62,913 bases of DNA, filler included, from Globobulimina sp. (GCA_003354225.1; 37 parts of 37 records of this genome joined end to end with filler, not necessarily neighbours in it), one strand, 5' to 3'; numbered from the whole stretch's first letter, positions 23,948 through 37,329 are shown. Made by a program: numbers and translations. The notes: generated from the sequence alone by a model not told the origin.

Positions 23948-25456
23948 ATGAAAGACATTTGCCAAAATCACCCACAATTAATATTTACAATGAAAGAGCA
24001 ATGTTACAAAACCAATTTGAAAGACAAAACATATGATGACATATTAAAAACATTACTAAGTTGGAGCTTATCCGTTAAGTGTTCCTCTCAGCGATGTGAT
24101 GGCGAACTGAAAATCCACTGTCATTGCGACAGTCAAACATTTGCGAAATATACATATTTTATGATAATGGCGATTCTCAGATTGAGCCATGTCTCATATC
24201 TACGAGTTATTGAACAGTATTCGAGGAAGCAGGTTTATAATAAATATACCGACAAACACATGATGACATTGCAAGATATCATGACTTTAATTAACAATTA
24301 TTGCGGCAATATAGTGACAATATTACAGAATACGAACAAAAACATTGCTACTGTCGCTGACGAGTTATGTACCTTTTTACCTGTAACATTGCAAGAGCAC
24401 AATTCGTATATAAGCAGCTATAACAAGTTAATCACCAAATTTCTTCAATTTTCGTTCTATAATTTCCTGTGCGGATATTGTGGAAACACCAATGTTTCCA
24501 TAATGATTGATCGCCAATTTCATTATGTCAAACAATTGGGGAATTGCAGGGTTTGTGGAATGATAAAACAACGACATCTGACTGGTAATTATGTGAAAGT
24601 ATACACAAAACATGACACGACGGAGTCGACCGATTCTGTATTTTGGTTTGTTGCAAAAATTAAAAAGCATCTGGAAAATTATGATGTTGAACCGGGCGAT
24701 TTGCATAATTTTTTGATGTATCATAATGTATCAGAGAGCATTGTACAATTTGGAGAAACGCGTTTGTTGTTACTATTTAATACGGATTTGAAGTCAATGG
24801 ATGGTTTAATTTATTATTTGAAGAGGTTTTGGAATGACATTGATGATTATCGTGCGCTGCGAATTAGCATATCACTCAATTATTATATTTATGGAGCTCA
24901 CGAGTTTGGCGACTTTGTGAAACCTCACATACTATTAAAAGATGCCGGCATTTCGCATTATGATATTGCTATTTTCAAGCATTGTTTTTTAAGAGCATTG
25001 TACCAAACGACCAATTTCAATAAAACGGATAAATTAGTAAAGATATTATTTAATACGGATGAATTATGTGTTTCTGATAAATATTTGCAAACGATCCGTT
25101 GTTTAACATCATCGATATCGTCATTTGCAACGCGGATCTGGTCAATGCGGAAAATATCCAAACCCATTAGCGATCCGCATCAATTCCTGGAGGCGTTGGT
25201 TGAATATAAAATCAATGAATCCGTGTTTTCCACATTAACAAAAGAAGAATTTCGTACTGCGATTGCTTCAAATTATCATATATCGCAACAAGAGGACACA
25301 AAAACGGAACTAACGGATGAAGAGGAAATGCTGTATGCTTTGCAAACATGTATTGATGAAATAAATGATCCATTTTTAACAAGTTACACGCATAAAATTA
25401 TCCAATGTTTTAAAGAGAACAACATTACATTGCCGACAATGTCAAAAGATGAGTTT
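23948..25456 (+). CDS. Hypothetical protein, partial, with a CxxC..CxxC zinc ribbon
   Basis: About 500 open codons; CGYCG..CRVCG. Confidence 0.65.
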
Positions 25457-26066
25457 NNNNNNNNNNNNNNNNNNNNNNNNNNNNNNNNNNNNNNNNNNNN
25501 TTAATTAATTAANNNNNNNNNNNNNNNNNNNNNNNNNNNNNNNNNNNNNNNNNNNNAAATTTCTGTAAATTTCTGTACTATTTTGTATTTTTGTCGTGTT
25601 TTCAAACACAAATATATTGTGATTCAGACCGGACTTTCGCGGCACAAAACGGACCAAAAAATAACAGCAAAATTATCATCATATTTCCTGATTTTCATTG
25701 TGGTGATCGGATTTCAACTTTTGGAGTTGCTCGCTCACCACAATAAATTTACGGTACAGTGTCTGCAGTGGGATATTCAATCTCAAGATTCCATCCAAAT
25801 ACACGCGGAATAGCACTTCATTGTATACAAAAATTAGCAATACATTTCAAACAATATCAAAACTCAATACTGAATTTTATTCATGGGAATATATTAGACC
25901 TAATACAAAAGCCAGGAATCTTTTAATATATCCAACACCGTATATCTTGTGAACAAAAATCAAAACAGAAACAGAACAAAACATGAGATACAGTTACATT
26001 TACTATTAATATATACACGAATACATAGACAAACAAACAAAAAATGACAACAGCAAAAGTTATTGG

Positions 26067-27140
26067 TTAGTTATTTTCTGTCTCAACCACCTGATTTTGA
26101 GAGATGGCATCTTCTATGTTTTGCATTTTATAAAGAACCGGGGAATTAGTAAACGTATATTTTGCATTGATATTTTGCGAGGTAAACTCCAATATCTCTT
26201 TCATTTCATCATCTTCCTCTTCGTCAATAAATTCTAAAAGGTTCCTATTTGCATCTTTCACAAAATTCGCAATATTTTGTGTATTATCCTTAATTATTTT
26301 AATAAATTCATTCAATGCATTCCAATCAACATTGTCTGTTAAAATTATTGCTTCCTCCACTTTGTTTTTAATTAAATGCTTATATTTTTGTGAAATCAAA
26401 TCAATTTCATCTTCATCCAATATCTCATCCGTATCTTCAAATATTTTATTAATGACTTTCGTAGCTATCTCATCATCATATTCATCAAAGTTTTTCTTAT
26501 TATTTCCCTTCAATTTTTCTTGTCGAATGATTGGTTTCTTCAATGCTGTATAAACCTGATAGGGATTCACTAATTTTATCTCATATCCATGAATGTCGTC
26601 ATTATAATATCGAAACCAATCCATAAATATGTTTTTAATCTGACTGTTATTACAAAAACACGCTTCAAACATTGCAAACACTGCAGCAAATATGGCAATT
26701 ATCACAAACAAAACGAAGAAAAGTATCATTAGCGGCAACCGTAAACACAAAAAAGATAAAATGTGATAGATATAAAATGAGAAAATGCTGTCCCAAACTT
26801 CATTTCTCGAGCAATCCTGTCTGGGTCGAAAACAATTATCACACAAATCAATTTCCATCGTTTGAATAAACTTTAAGTCTTCGTCTCGAAACGCAAAATC
26901 TGGCTCTTGTTTATTATTATATTCATAATAATTAAACACATCTTCCTGAGACGAGTTCTTCTCTCCATTTATAAACAAACAATAACTGCAGATCCAGAAA
27001 TTATATTCATTTTCTATCTGCGCATTGGACGGTAACTGACCTGCATTCATTTCATAATAAATGGTTTTCAGTCGACGCCAACAGCCTGCATTTTTAATAT
27101 GGCTTTTCATGCAAAATGGTGTGATCAGAATATGTTCCAC
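26067..27140 (-). CDS. Hypothetical membrane protein, terminal exon, split RanBP2-like zinc finger
   Basis: Preceded by acceptor CATCAG; WICSYCLFIN..CDNCFRPR; TM segment; acidic tail. Confidence 0.6.
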   Translation of the reverse strand: MEHILITPFCMKSHIKNAGCWRRLKTIYYEMNAGQLPSNAQIENEYNFWICSYCLFINGEKNSSQEDVFNYYEYNNKQEPDFAFRDEDLKFIQTMEIDLCDNCFRPRQDCSRNEVWDSIFSFYIYHILSFLCLRLPLMILFFVLFVIIAIFAAVFAMFEACFCNNSQIKNIFMDWFRYYNDDIHGYEIKLVNPYQVYTALKKPIIRQEKLKGNNKKNFDEYDDEIATKVINKIFEDTDEILDEDEIDLISQKYKHLIKNKVEEAIILTDNVDWNALNEFIKIIKDNTQNIANFVKDANRNLLEFIDEEEDDEMKEILEFTSQNINAKYTFTNSPVLYKMQNIEDAISQNQVVETENN

Positions 27141-27826
27141 CTGATGATGACTAATACTGNNNNNNNNNNNNNNNNNNNNNNNNNNNNNNNNNNNNNNNNN
27201 NNNTTAATTAATTAANNNNNNNNNNNNNNNNNNNNNNNNNNNNNNNNNNNNNNNNNNNNAAGCCATAAGCTTCGCCGCGCTCTCTTTTGCTTAATTCTCC
27301 GTAATATAACAAGGCGGTCACTAATCGCCGGATGGCTTTGCAGTCACTCACTGAGCTACAGTTATCATTGAACTCTTCTTCTAAAAATATATCGAAATCC
27401 ATATCGTGTTTTTATGTTTGTATTGTTGTTGTTTGTATTGTCGATGTCGGATAGTCGTAATCTATGGATTGAAATCGATATTTGTTATTTATTGTTGTTT
27501 TTGGCTTTGATCAGATCAGGTAATGCACTGGGTTTAGTTGAAGCAAAATGTGTAATATTTGGTTTGATTTGCCTGTTTTCTTGTGAAAAACAACTATAAA
27601 TTAAAGCCATCCATGACTTCCATTGTAACAGCTTACACCGGCAGAAGTCTTTATTATCATGATGATGATCAGTAAGTGGATCCCTATATAAATATAATAT
27701 ATTACTAACCTCCCTTTTATACTGAACAGCAAATCCGCAGATCAGGATGTTAAAATATTGAAGCCGTTATGTGATGTTTGTGTCTTGTACACTCCATTTA
27801 ATTACATATGATATTTACATATACAG

Positions 27827-28862
27827 ACACAGAGTCCGAGCATATATTGAAAATCAGCTATATGCTCTTAATGAATCTGCATCAAAACCTAAAATATTAA
27901 AAATAAGAACTATCACACAACAAAAAGAAAAAGAAATTACAAAAGCATTAAATCCACAGATAAAAGAGTTAAAAAAATGGAATGCTGATATGACATATTT
28001 GGCAAACACATTTAAAGATTATTCTGACTCTGATGATGAAAAAAAGCAGAATTATGAATTGGACGGCGAGGTATTATTGCGACAGTATACAAATTGTAGT
28101 TGTTTACTCACAGCACAACAGGCGAGACGCGAGGTCGTTGGCGAATATATAATGCCAATAAATGAAATAAAAAATAGCGTAAAACAAAATATAAAAAAAT
28201 ATAATGCGGAGGTAAATTCATTACAAAATAAATATGATATAATTGATACAAAATATCACACGACAATGAAAAAAAGAATTATGTTACAAGAGCAAATCGG
28301 GCAATTAGTGAAAGAATTAAATATATGCATAAACACAGAAAATGTGACCGGTAAACAAAAGATGCAGACACAAAATGATTTGAATGTATTAAAATTAGAG
28401 AAAAAAACATTTGAAAAGTTATGGCAAACATCAAAATCTTTAACTGCAGGATATCAGAAATTTGTTGAGGACGTTGGAACCGCAGCAAATGAAATAAATA
28501 CATTTTTAAAGACAGAATGGATTTTCATGAACGGAATTGGAGCAAATGGCAAAGCAAAGATGTGTCGAATTGGATAAAATATTTAAATCAAACTGAATGT
28601 GAAAACAAAATAAAATTATCAAATAAAATTGATTTAAATCGAGTGACAGAAAATATTATGGCCCATGGCATTTGTGGGCAGACTTTGGATCAAATTGAGA
28701 AGAATGATTGGTGTGTTCTGGGTGTCCAATTGTTGGCGGATAGGACACAAATTAACAATCGAATACAAAATATGATCAAATTATATCCAAGAACTAGTGG
28801 TACAGAGAGAGAGACGGAGTGCAAAGATGATATTCAAATTCCGCAACAATTTAAATGTCCAA
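27827..28862 (+). CDS. Coiled-coil + SAM-like + U-box protein, partial, frameshift near 28505
   Basis: WSKWQSKDVSNWI (SAM-like) and IPQQFKCP (U-box start); one extra T in the T5 run restores the frame. Confidence 0.6.
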
Positions 28863-29234
28863 NNNNNNNNNNNNNNNNNNNNNNNNNNNNNNNNNNNNNN
28901 NNNNNNTTAATTAATTAANNNNNNNNNNNNNNNNNNNNNNNNNNNNNNNNNNNNNNNNNNNNATGATATTATTGGATCATATACCAAATATAAAGTTGAT
29001 AGCACAAAGTTATGGTATAGCTGGAAATTTGGTCAAATTTCACAATATTACTGTACAAAATTCAAAACAAGATCCAAGTGAACCATTTTCTAATATTAGT
29101 GGTGCTTGGTTTTGATGAACGTTTGCGCAGTGATTTCGTTTCTTTCTTTACATGTTTTAATTTATAATGTCTTGCGCGTTGAGACGACATTACTGTGCTT
29201 CTGCTTCAGTTTAGGTGAAATCTACAAAAAACAG

Positions 29235-30164
29235 TCAGACAAAATAAATGATAAAGAATCCCCATATCCAAGTTAGTATGACAGTAAACATCATCAAACA
29301 CATAGTACATGTCATTCCAGACGTTGCTTCTACATATTTATTCATTCTATTATTTAAGGCAGTGACTTTATCAAAAGTGCCATATGTTTCCTCATCTAAA
29401 TCTTTCATAACTTTGGCGTCCGCTTTCAATGTTGTTCTTAAACCAATCACTTTTCCTTTCAATAAATTTGTCATATTTTCTAATTCTTCAATTAATGCTT
29501 CTCTCTCACTCGATTGATCATTGTTGCTTTTATTTTTAGTCTCGTCTAAATTTCCAAGCCTTTTCTCTTCATATTCCTTTGTCAATTTTTCTGAAAATCT
29601 CATTATTCTTCGTCGTTTACGCAATCTCCAATCTTTTTTATGTTGACTATTTTGATGGTTTTCCTTATAATTATTTATATTGTTTAAGATTTCCTGAGTT
29701 TGATTATTTTTCGCCTCATTTTCATCATAATTACCATAACCATCATTATTACTGTTTTGATTTTGCACAATCCACTTATTTACAATATTTAATTTCGATT
29801 GATATTGAGGCAATAAATTAAACTTTACATTGGTTATATGGTCATTATTTTGAAAATCTTTTAACATTTTAAATTCAGATAGCAGTGATTTGTAATATTG
29901 TTGAATACGTATTAATAATGGAGGATGATGTGGATTTGGTATTGTTCCCTCGATATTTTCAACTATTTCCAATGTTTTATATAATAAACGTTGAAAATTT
30001 ATTTGACATCGAATTGCATTCTCTTCATCACTTAGTTCTGTCTCGTTTATATCGACTGTATCTTCCCCGCCAAATGACTTTGATATGTGTGATATTAAAT
30101 GTTTTGTTGACTTTGCAAACCTATCAGTTGTGTTTTGAACTGTATTTTGCAGAGAAAGTGACAT
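29235..30164 (-). CDS. USE1: USE1-like ER SNARE
   Basis: QINFQRLL N-terminal motif, SNARE heptads and a C-terminal TM anchor. Confidence 0.65.
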   Translation of the reverse strand: MSLSLQNTVQNTTDRFAKSTKHLISHISKSFGGEDTVDINETELSDEENAIRCQINFQRLLYKTLEIVENIEGTIPNPHHPPLLIRIQQYYKSLLSEFKMLKDFQNNDHITNVKFNLLPQYQSKLNIVNKWIVQNQNSNNDGYGNYDENEAKNNQTQEILNNINNYKENHQNSQHKKDWRLRKRRRIMRFSEKLTKEYEEKRLGNLDETKNKSNNDQSSEREALIEELENMTNLLKGKVIGLRTTLKADAKVMKDLDEETYGTFDKVTALNNRMNKYVEATSGMTCTMCLMMFTVILTWIWGFFIIYFV

Positions 30165-31221
30165 TATATATATGATATTTTTAAAAAAATAGATATTTTG
30201 CAGATAAATTAGATATTTTAAACGTGAAAACCTTGCAACTAAAAACAGACTTTAACTGTGCTTTTTTCGTTCGTGCCATCTGTAAATGCGCAATGAGGAA
30301 ATTAATCCAAACCAATCTAAATGATCAACCATTGCGTTTTTTATTCGTTCAAGGGTTATTATTATCAATTATCATTCAGACTTATCGTAATAACGCAGCT
30401 GAACTTACATTCCAACCATCACGTTTAGTCTACACATTATCCTCCAAATCCCAACAAAAGTAAAACATTTTCGTGCATTGTAGCAACAAATGTAGCCGAC
30501 GAGTATTGCGTGGACGAATTCTATTGGCATAACAATACATTGACAGATGTATCATAATATTGTGANNNNNNNNNNNNNNNNNNNNNNNNNNNNNNNNNNN
30601 NNNNNNNNNTTAATTAATTAANNNNNNNNNNNNNNNNNNNNNNNNNNNNNNNNNNNNNNNNNNNNCTGTGTAGTCAAATGCAGGCGTCCGTTTGATGGTC
30701 GAGGTTTGCCTATTGCCGTTGGACGCACCAATAAATCTAATCAGCTACCTCCTCAGCACAACGTAAGATGACGAAAGGATGCTTAGAAGCTAGTGACTTC
30801 AGAAAAACTAGTAAGGTTTGGTTTTAAAATGCAAGTCTTCAAATCAAATGATGAGGCCATGTAAAAACGTGCATTGTCAAGATTTTGTTTGTGTCAAATG
30901 TGATGGAAAAAAACAAAGCGGAAAATGCAAAGTGCGAGGATGTAATTGGGAACATCTAGGAGACATAACTCAAATTTGTTTTTTTTTCATAAAACATCTC
31001 AATAACATCTTTGCAGTTTGCATAAATCCGTTAAAACGCTTTGGCAGTGATCGACACAGTTTGTTGAAATCCGATGAAATCAGATAAAAAAAGTGTATCT
31101 TGTGCATAAAATTAATATAAACTAAACCGAACGAAACAAGAGTTAAAATAAATTTATTGCAATTTCCATGAACTCAAATTACAATAAACATGAAAGTGAT
31201 AAATATTTGTTTGCAACATAT

Positions 31222-32192
31222 TCACCACGATGACAATCCCATTAAATTCCTACACTGTTCAAATGTGACATACATCACCATTGCCTTTGGTCCCATCCTT
31301 GCCCAAATTGGGAAAAATCCGCGATACAATGCAAAAACACCATCATTGGAAACCGTTTTAGCCAAACAATCCAAAGTAGATTTATATGCATCTGGATTCG
31401 ACATAATCCTCGTTTTCAACACATCCGATGGCGTACTCATTATCGTAGCCACTAATCCAGCCACAATACTCGCACAGCCATGCGCCAAAAAATTATCCTC
31501 CAATGGCGTATGTAATAATATCTTCTGCTTCGCAATATCATAAGCAGTCAAATCACCCAATTGAACCAAAGCGGCTCTCTGTACATTTGGAAACCATCCT
31601 CGCCACATACCAAAAAACCCCATTTTCTGATACATTGATGTCATACAATGCACAGTTCCTGAAAATAAGCGTTCTTCGCCTTTTAACATACGGAAGCCTT
31701 CAGTTTGCATTTGCACTTTAATTAAATCTGTGGGACTCGCAACAAACTGACCAATGGCACCCGCGGACATTGCGGCCAGCGCAGATTTCCAAAGTGGGAA
31801 TGAGCCGTCGGCGTTACGTTTGAATACGTTTTCTTTCAGTACTTGATATGCAAAGAATCGGATACCGGAATAGATACAATGTCGGAAACATGCTGCGGAA
31901 AAGCCCATATATAAACCCTTTGGTCCTTCGTTGCGTACTATGCTGGCAGCGGTAGAAAACATTCCAGCGCGCGTGTCTTGAATTTGTAGCCGTGTTTTAA
32001 TCATATCACAGGGATATACCACTGCTTCTGCGGTACATGCTGATATAGCACCTAAGATGTAAGTTGTGCCAAAGTTTAAACCTTCTTTGTTTGGTCTGGA
32101 GATATATTGGTATTATTAATACAAAAATGAGTGTTGTGTAGGAGATATTTGACAAACCCTTTGGATCGTTTTTTGGGTTTTGCCGGTTGCAT
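31222..32192 (-). CDS. Mitochondrial uncoupling protein, UCP4/SLC25A27-like, 2 exons
   Basis: Three carrier motifs (PCDMIKTR, PTDLIKVQ, PSDVLKTR) and PNVQRAALVQLGDLTAYD; intron 32096-32157 joins in frame. Confidence 0.9.
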
Positions 32193-32368
32193 TAAAACTG
32201 TTTGTTGGACACAGTGAAGTTGACTAAAGATCGAATGATGTCAACACGAAATGCTTGGGATGAATATGNNNNNNNNNNNNNNNNNNNNNNNNNNNNNNNN
32301 NNNNNNNNNNNNTTAATTAATTAANNNNNNNNNNNNNNNNNNNNNNNNNNNNNNNNNNNNNNNNNNNN

Positions 32369-32715
32369 GTGGCTGAAGTCGAACAGGTCGTCCGCGCGGT
32401 TGAGGATTTCATGCGCCGGACCTGCGTGGGTCAGCAGCACACCGCCCGCCGTGCGCGCAAACAGCGGCAGTCCCTTGAAGAACGTCATGATTTGTTCGCG
32501 GTGCGGCCCCAGCGCGTGCTCGAAGCGCGGCGTGAACTCGTGTGCGCCCTTGAACAACTGCACGCCGTAAATATGCGGCATCTCGTGGTTGCCCAGCAGC
32601 ATGACCACGTTGTCCGGGCCGAATTCCTCTTGCAGCGCGATCACGTCGAGCGTCATGCTCAGGCTGAAATCCTCGTCCGGTGGGCCGTAGCCGTGAATCA
32701 GGTCACCGATGGCAT
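32369..32715 (-). CDS. GC-rich bacterial metallophosphoesterase fragment, chimeric
   Basis: GDLIHG, LLGNHE and THAG motifs; GC far above the flanking DNA. Confidence 0.85.
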
Positions 32716-32724
32716 AGATGTTCG

Positions 32725-33017
32725 GTAAATTGGTCTGATAATTTTCCTTTGATCAATGTGGACAATGTTGCAGATATTCCAAACGTTGCGTACAATAAAC
32801 CTAATTCTTTGCCATCTGCACCGAATGTTTCTGCATAAAACGGTAAAACTGGCTGAATTACCGAGAAAGCCAACATATCCACAAAAACAGTCATATACAT
32901 CACAATGATATTTGTTTGCGTTTGTGCACTCAGTTTGGAATGAACGGCTTGTGAATTGAGTGTGTCATGTGTTGATCTTTCATTTGACGTGGACCCTTCT
33001 TCAATATCTGGAATCAT
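32725..33017 (-). CDS. MFS (DHA1/TetA-like) transporter N-terminal fragment
   Basis: VFVDMLAFSVIQPVLPFY..GKLSDQF, truncated within motif A at the junction. Confidence 0.8.
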
Positions 33018-33170
33018 TAAATGAGACTATTAAATTACTAATTAAAACCGTTCCGTGCAAAATCAACTCCAGTAAATCAAGAATCAAGTTTTTCAAGAAA
33101 AAAAATCAAAGAATCAACTAACACACAAATAATTTAATACATGATATCTCGCATGGAATATGTTAATACT

Positions 33171-33896
33171 TTACTGTGCTTTACTAGCTATAGGAGCTTT
33201 TGTTGCATTTTCAATCAATGTTTTCAATTCACCTCTTTCATCCAATGCCTTTGCATCATCGCAACCACCAACACATTTCCCATCAATAAATACTATCGGT
33301 ACCGATGTCTGAGTTAATGTCTTACAATAATTGCTAATTTGTTCCACATCAGATTCCTTAAAATCGGCATCAATCTCTTTTGTAATCACATTTTCTGAAT
33401 ATTTCTGTAATATTATTAAGACTTCAGCACAAAATTTACAATCAGATCTTGCAATCATTACAACAGATCCTGAGCTGGCAGCATCATCCACATATTGTTT
33501 CGCATTAAGTACAGCTTTTAATTTATCCTTTAATTTATCCTCTGCCACAGCCACATTCTCTTTTTCATCTTCTTTATCCACTGCTTTTGCGTCCACTTTA
33601 GGTTCAAATGATTTCACCAAACCATCCAATAAATCAACCAGACTCATTGTAATATCACCATCCTTCTCCTCCTCTTTGTCATTCTCGCCCTCCTCCTCTT
33701 TGTCATCCCCATCCCAAATCGTCTCAATTAAGCCCCAATCAATTTCATCATCGCTCAGTTCCGCATGTTTTTTAGTATTACTTTTCGCGAAATGCTTCAA
33801 TTGACTCGAACTAAACGGCTCGAGCGTTGCCGATGTTTTTTGTTTCTCTTCTTCAATATTTTTCTCGTGTCCTTCCAAACCACTAAAAAACTTCAA
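33171..33896 (-). CDS. Glutaredoxin-domain protein with acidic N-terminal extension, 5' partial
   Basis: CKFC, SVPIVFIDGKCVGGCDD. Confidence 0.85.
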   Translation of the reverse strand: MKFFSGLEGHEKNIEEEKQKTSATLEPFSSSQLKHFAKSNTKKHAELSDDEIDWGLIETIWDGDDKEEEGENDKEEEKDGDITMSLVDLLDGLVKSFEPKVDAKAVDKEDEKENVAVAEDKLKDKLKAVLNAKQYVDDAASSGSVVMIARSDCKFCAEVLIILQKYSENVITKEIDADFKESDVEQISNYCKTLTQTSVPIVFIDGKCVGGCDDAKALDERGELKTLIENATKAPIASKAQ

Positions 33897-34071
33897 ATAA
33901 ATTTTTGGTTTGACTGCTTTTCAATCTCAAAGATGATTGTAACTGCGCTTATTCTATTCTTTATTGGCTCANNNNNNNNNNNNNNNNNNNNNNNNNNNNN
34001 NNNNNNNNNNNNNNNTTAATTAATTAANNNNNNNNNNNNNNNNNNNNNNNNNNNNNNNNNNNNNNNNNNNN

Positions 34072-35674
34072 TTTAATATATAAACATCACACGATAACGG
34101 TTTAATATCAAATAATGCATAACCTTTCAACAGTTCATTCAATATATTTATTACCTTTATCAATGGCTGAAAATTGATCTGTTGTGGAATATTTCTAATG
34201 GTCGCAAATGTCAATACATCCAATCCGCCAATAAATAATCGTTCATCTTCGTTCACAAATGCTGTCCAATAATTTGCGTTGAAAAATATTGCCGATGAAT
34301 TAGTATTTTTTATATCAAGCACAATCCCTTCGGCACCAAATATCGACCAAGCAATGGTGAAATCTAATATGTACAAACAATTATTACTCGATAGTGCAAG
34401 GATAAAAAATATAAAACCATGTACAAAACTGGCAGTGGTTGAAAAGGGGCCACATATTTTTATGGTGGTACTATCAAATAATAACTCTGTCGATACGCCA
34501 TGGAAAAATGTGCGAATATCTGACTCATCCATCATTTCGCCATAACATTCCACGCATTCTCTTAGATATTTGCCCCAATGATAATATTCAGCATGGCGCG
34601 TTTTTAAAACCTCATTGGTTTCGTAGGGACTGGTTTTTCGAAAGGTACTGGAAAATGTGTTACTATGCGCACTAAAGTTACAATAAAACATTAATGCCAT
34701 TATATGATGAATTCGAATCTGTTCTCCCTTTTGTATACCATACATTTTCTCCGCCCATGCACATTCTTCATGGGCGGTATATTCACATTGCAGAGGCGGA
34801 GCATTTTCATCATTCACCCAATTACGTAATTGAATGGTTGCTTTCTCCAAAATATCACAATATTGGGAGAGGGAAAATTGACTCCATTTATTATTTAACA
34901 GTTCAGTCTTAAAATTGATATATTTGGCATAAACGACCCAGTCTCGAATCAAAAAACCCGCATTGCCTTCAACCACTACTTTGCCCCTATCCATTTTATA
35001 TAAAATGTTCCATTGTTTATTGCCATTTTTTTTATAATACGAATGATAAAAGAACCTAAAACCGGCACTATAAATTTTCGATTTTTGTTGTTTTTCAAAT
35101 CGAATACTTTTAAATAATTGATGTAATTTGTTATTATTAAATGTAAGAAATAGATTTGATTCTTGTTCAACACATAAATCGTTATAAATACTCTCTGTTT
35201 CATATTCTTGTTTTTCTATAAATTGACAAAAATTATAAAATAATTTATGCCCAAATTCATGCGCTTTTATGTCATAAAATATTGTATCTAACCAACATTC
35301 GGCATCACCAATCTCAGCTTTTTCTTTCTTTTTTTTCTTTTTTTCTTTTTCTTTTTCTTTTGCTTGTTTTAATAATAATTGATTATTCTCATAAACTGCC
35401 ATCTGATACATTGCAATTTCATTCTCATAATCATATAATGACTCTTTTTTTTCTTCTTTTTCATCCAATTTAAATAGAATGCCTTTATTTTCTTGTGTTG
35501 TAGTCATAAATTTTAAATTATTTGAACTTGATCGTGATTCATTGACTGATCTGTATCGATTTGATGATTCTGTGGCATTCCTTATAATATCACCAATATT
35601 TATTGTTGCTTTGTCCATACATTGCATATCAACTTTCTCTTCGCTCTCTTCTTCAGACTTTATTTGATTAATAT
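34072..35674 (-). CDS. Large protein with C-terminal ADP-ribosyltransferase-like motifs; stopless 66-nt intron
   Basis: FFHGVS, GPFSTT and NEDERLFIGG in ART order; probable intron 34364-34429. Confidence 0.55.
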
Positions 35675-35774
35675 NNNNNNNNNNNNNNNNNNNNNNNNNN
35701 NNNNNNNNNNNNNNNNNNTTAATTAATTAANNNNNNNNNNNNNNNNNNNNNNNNNNNNNNNNNNNNNNNNNNNN

Positions 35775-36236
35775 CTGAAATTTGACGACATTAAGAAGAC
35801 AAAGGAGGGTCTGTCTATTACTCTACGCAAGAGTAAAACTGATCAGCACAAGTACGGACATGAAGTGGTCATCGCGCGGACTGACGGAGAATTGTGCCCT
35901 TTACAGGCATTTCAAAAATACATGGAACTTCTACCGCATGGAAAATCAGCCAATAATTCTTATGTTTTTGCAACTATGGATAGTGATCGCGCGATGACTA
36001 GAGACTCTACACTGAGAATTTTAAAAAATATGCTTAGGAGAGAAAAAGCACCAGAAGCCGATTCAATTACAATGCATTCATTCAGAATTGGCTGTGCGAC
36101 AACTTTGGTGGAAAATGGCATCGATTTAGTCAACATTCGTCAACTAGGGCGGTGGAGGGGCACAACATCATTTGATCGTTATATTAGGCCTTCTAATGGT
36201 CATAAAAAGCACATCAGCAAAGCTTTAGGATTGTAG
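35775..36236 (+). mobile_element. Tyrosine recombinase C-terminus, DIRS/Ngaro retrotransposon type
   Basis: RKSKTDQ, LCPL, HSFRIG.AT, GRW and RYIR catalytic motifs. Confidence 0.85.
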
Positions 36237-36902
36237 AATGTTAGTAGTTCATAAGCATAAAATGTAGTATAAATAACAGGTATATTGTAAATGTATAACT
36301 ATAGCGTGTGTGTTTATTTCAGAACCAGTAACCTGTTCGACCGTCCTTTTTGCACTTTCCGCTCAAGAGATGGTTTAAGAAGGAAAAGGCTTTAAACACA
36401 ATGTATGTACTGTACATAGATAAATTTATTGCATAACCTTGTTATTGTATACGGTGCAATTTAAATGGTACTTATGATGTATTGACGATATATCGATTAA
36501 TGGTGTTGTGTTTAAGTGATGTCTGTTCTATTTGTCTTACGGTATATATTACGTATGTTAGCCCATCGGGGTGTGTGCAGGCAACGACCTACCGAATAAA
36601 ATGTGAAAACCAAATTATGTCTTTTTCCCTATTCTGAGTGCTAGTGCACGGAGCCTAAACTGGTTTCTACCGTAATGTAATGGAGGTAGAATGTCTCAGT
36701 TTAGGCGCAGTAAACGGGCCAATCAGAATTGGCCGCCAGGAGGCGTGTCACGCCAAAGTTGACATAGGCCGTTTTTGGGCAATTAAGTCATTCACTTCGT
36801 TATATTCGGTTAACCCGGCCACCCACCAATTTTCAGATTTTCAGAAGTTCTTTTCTATCTACAGTCACTCAAAACACACGCAACAACAGACAATTACATA
36901 AA

Positions 36903-37329
36903 AACACGTCCTTATCCAGACTGGCAAAGCTGGGATGGTCACCTTTTTTTCAACAGCAATACGAAAATTCAGCTGCCGATTCTACCCCGGCAAGGATAGT
37001 CGGGGTACACAGGCATGTTTTTTCAGTAACGCAAGGAGATGAAGTATTCCACGTTTCACTTGCCGGTCGGCTGTATAACCGGGCAGCTGGAATATATCCG
37101 GTTGTTGGCGACTGGGTGCTTGTGAAAGAGCAGGTTATTACAAACATTTTTACAAGAAATAATCTGTTGTCCAGAAAGACCGCCGGAGGAAGATCCGGCC
37201 GGAAAGCTGAAGTATATGACGAACAGGGGATAGCAGCCAACCTTGATTTTGTCTTTATCGTCTGCGGCCTTGATAGGGATTACAACCCGGCAAGGATCGA
37301 ACGATACCTCACGCTTGCCTATCATTGCG
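36903..37329 (+). CDS. rsgA: Bacterial ribosome small-subunit GTPase RsgA, N-terminal fragment, chimeric
   Basis: LGWSPFF, PVVGDWV, EQGIAANLD, DRDYNPARIERYL; ends before the G motifs. Confidence 0.88.

Noticed and set aside
32369-33017. Horizontal transfer or fusion of a phosphoesterase with an MFS transporter
   Set aside because: Both genes are cut mid-domain, the join is out of frame and the GC step is abrupt; a chimera is the simpler explanation.
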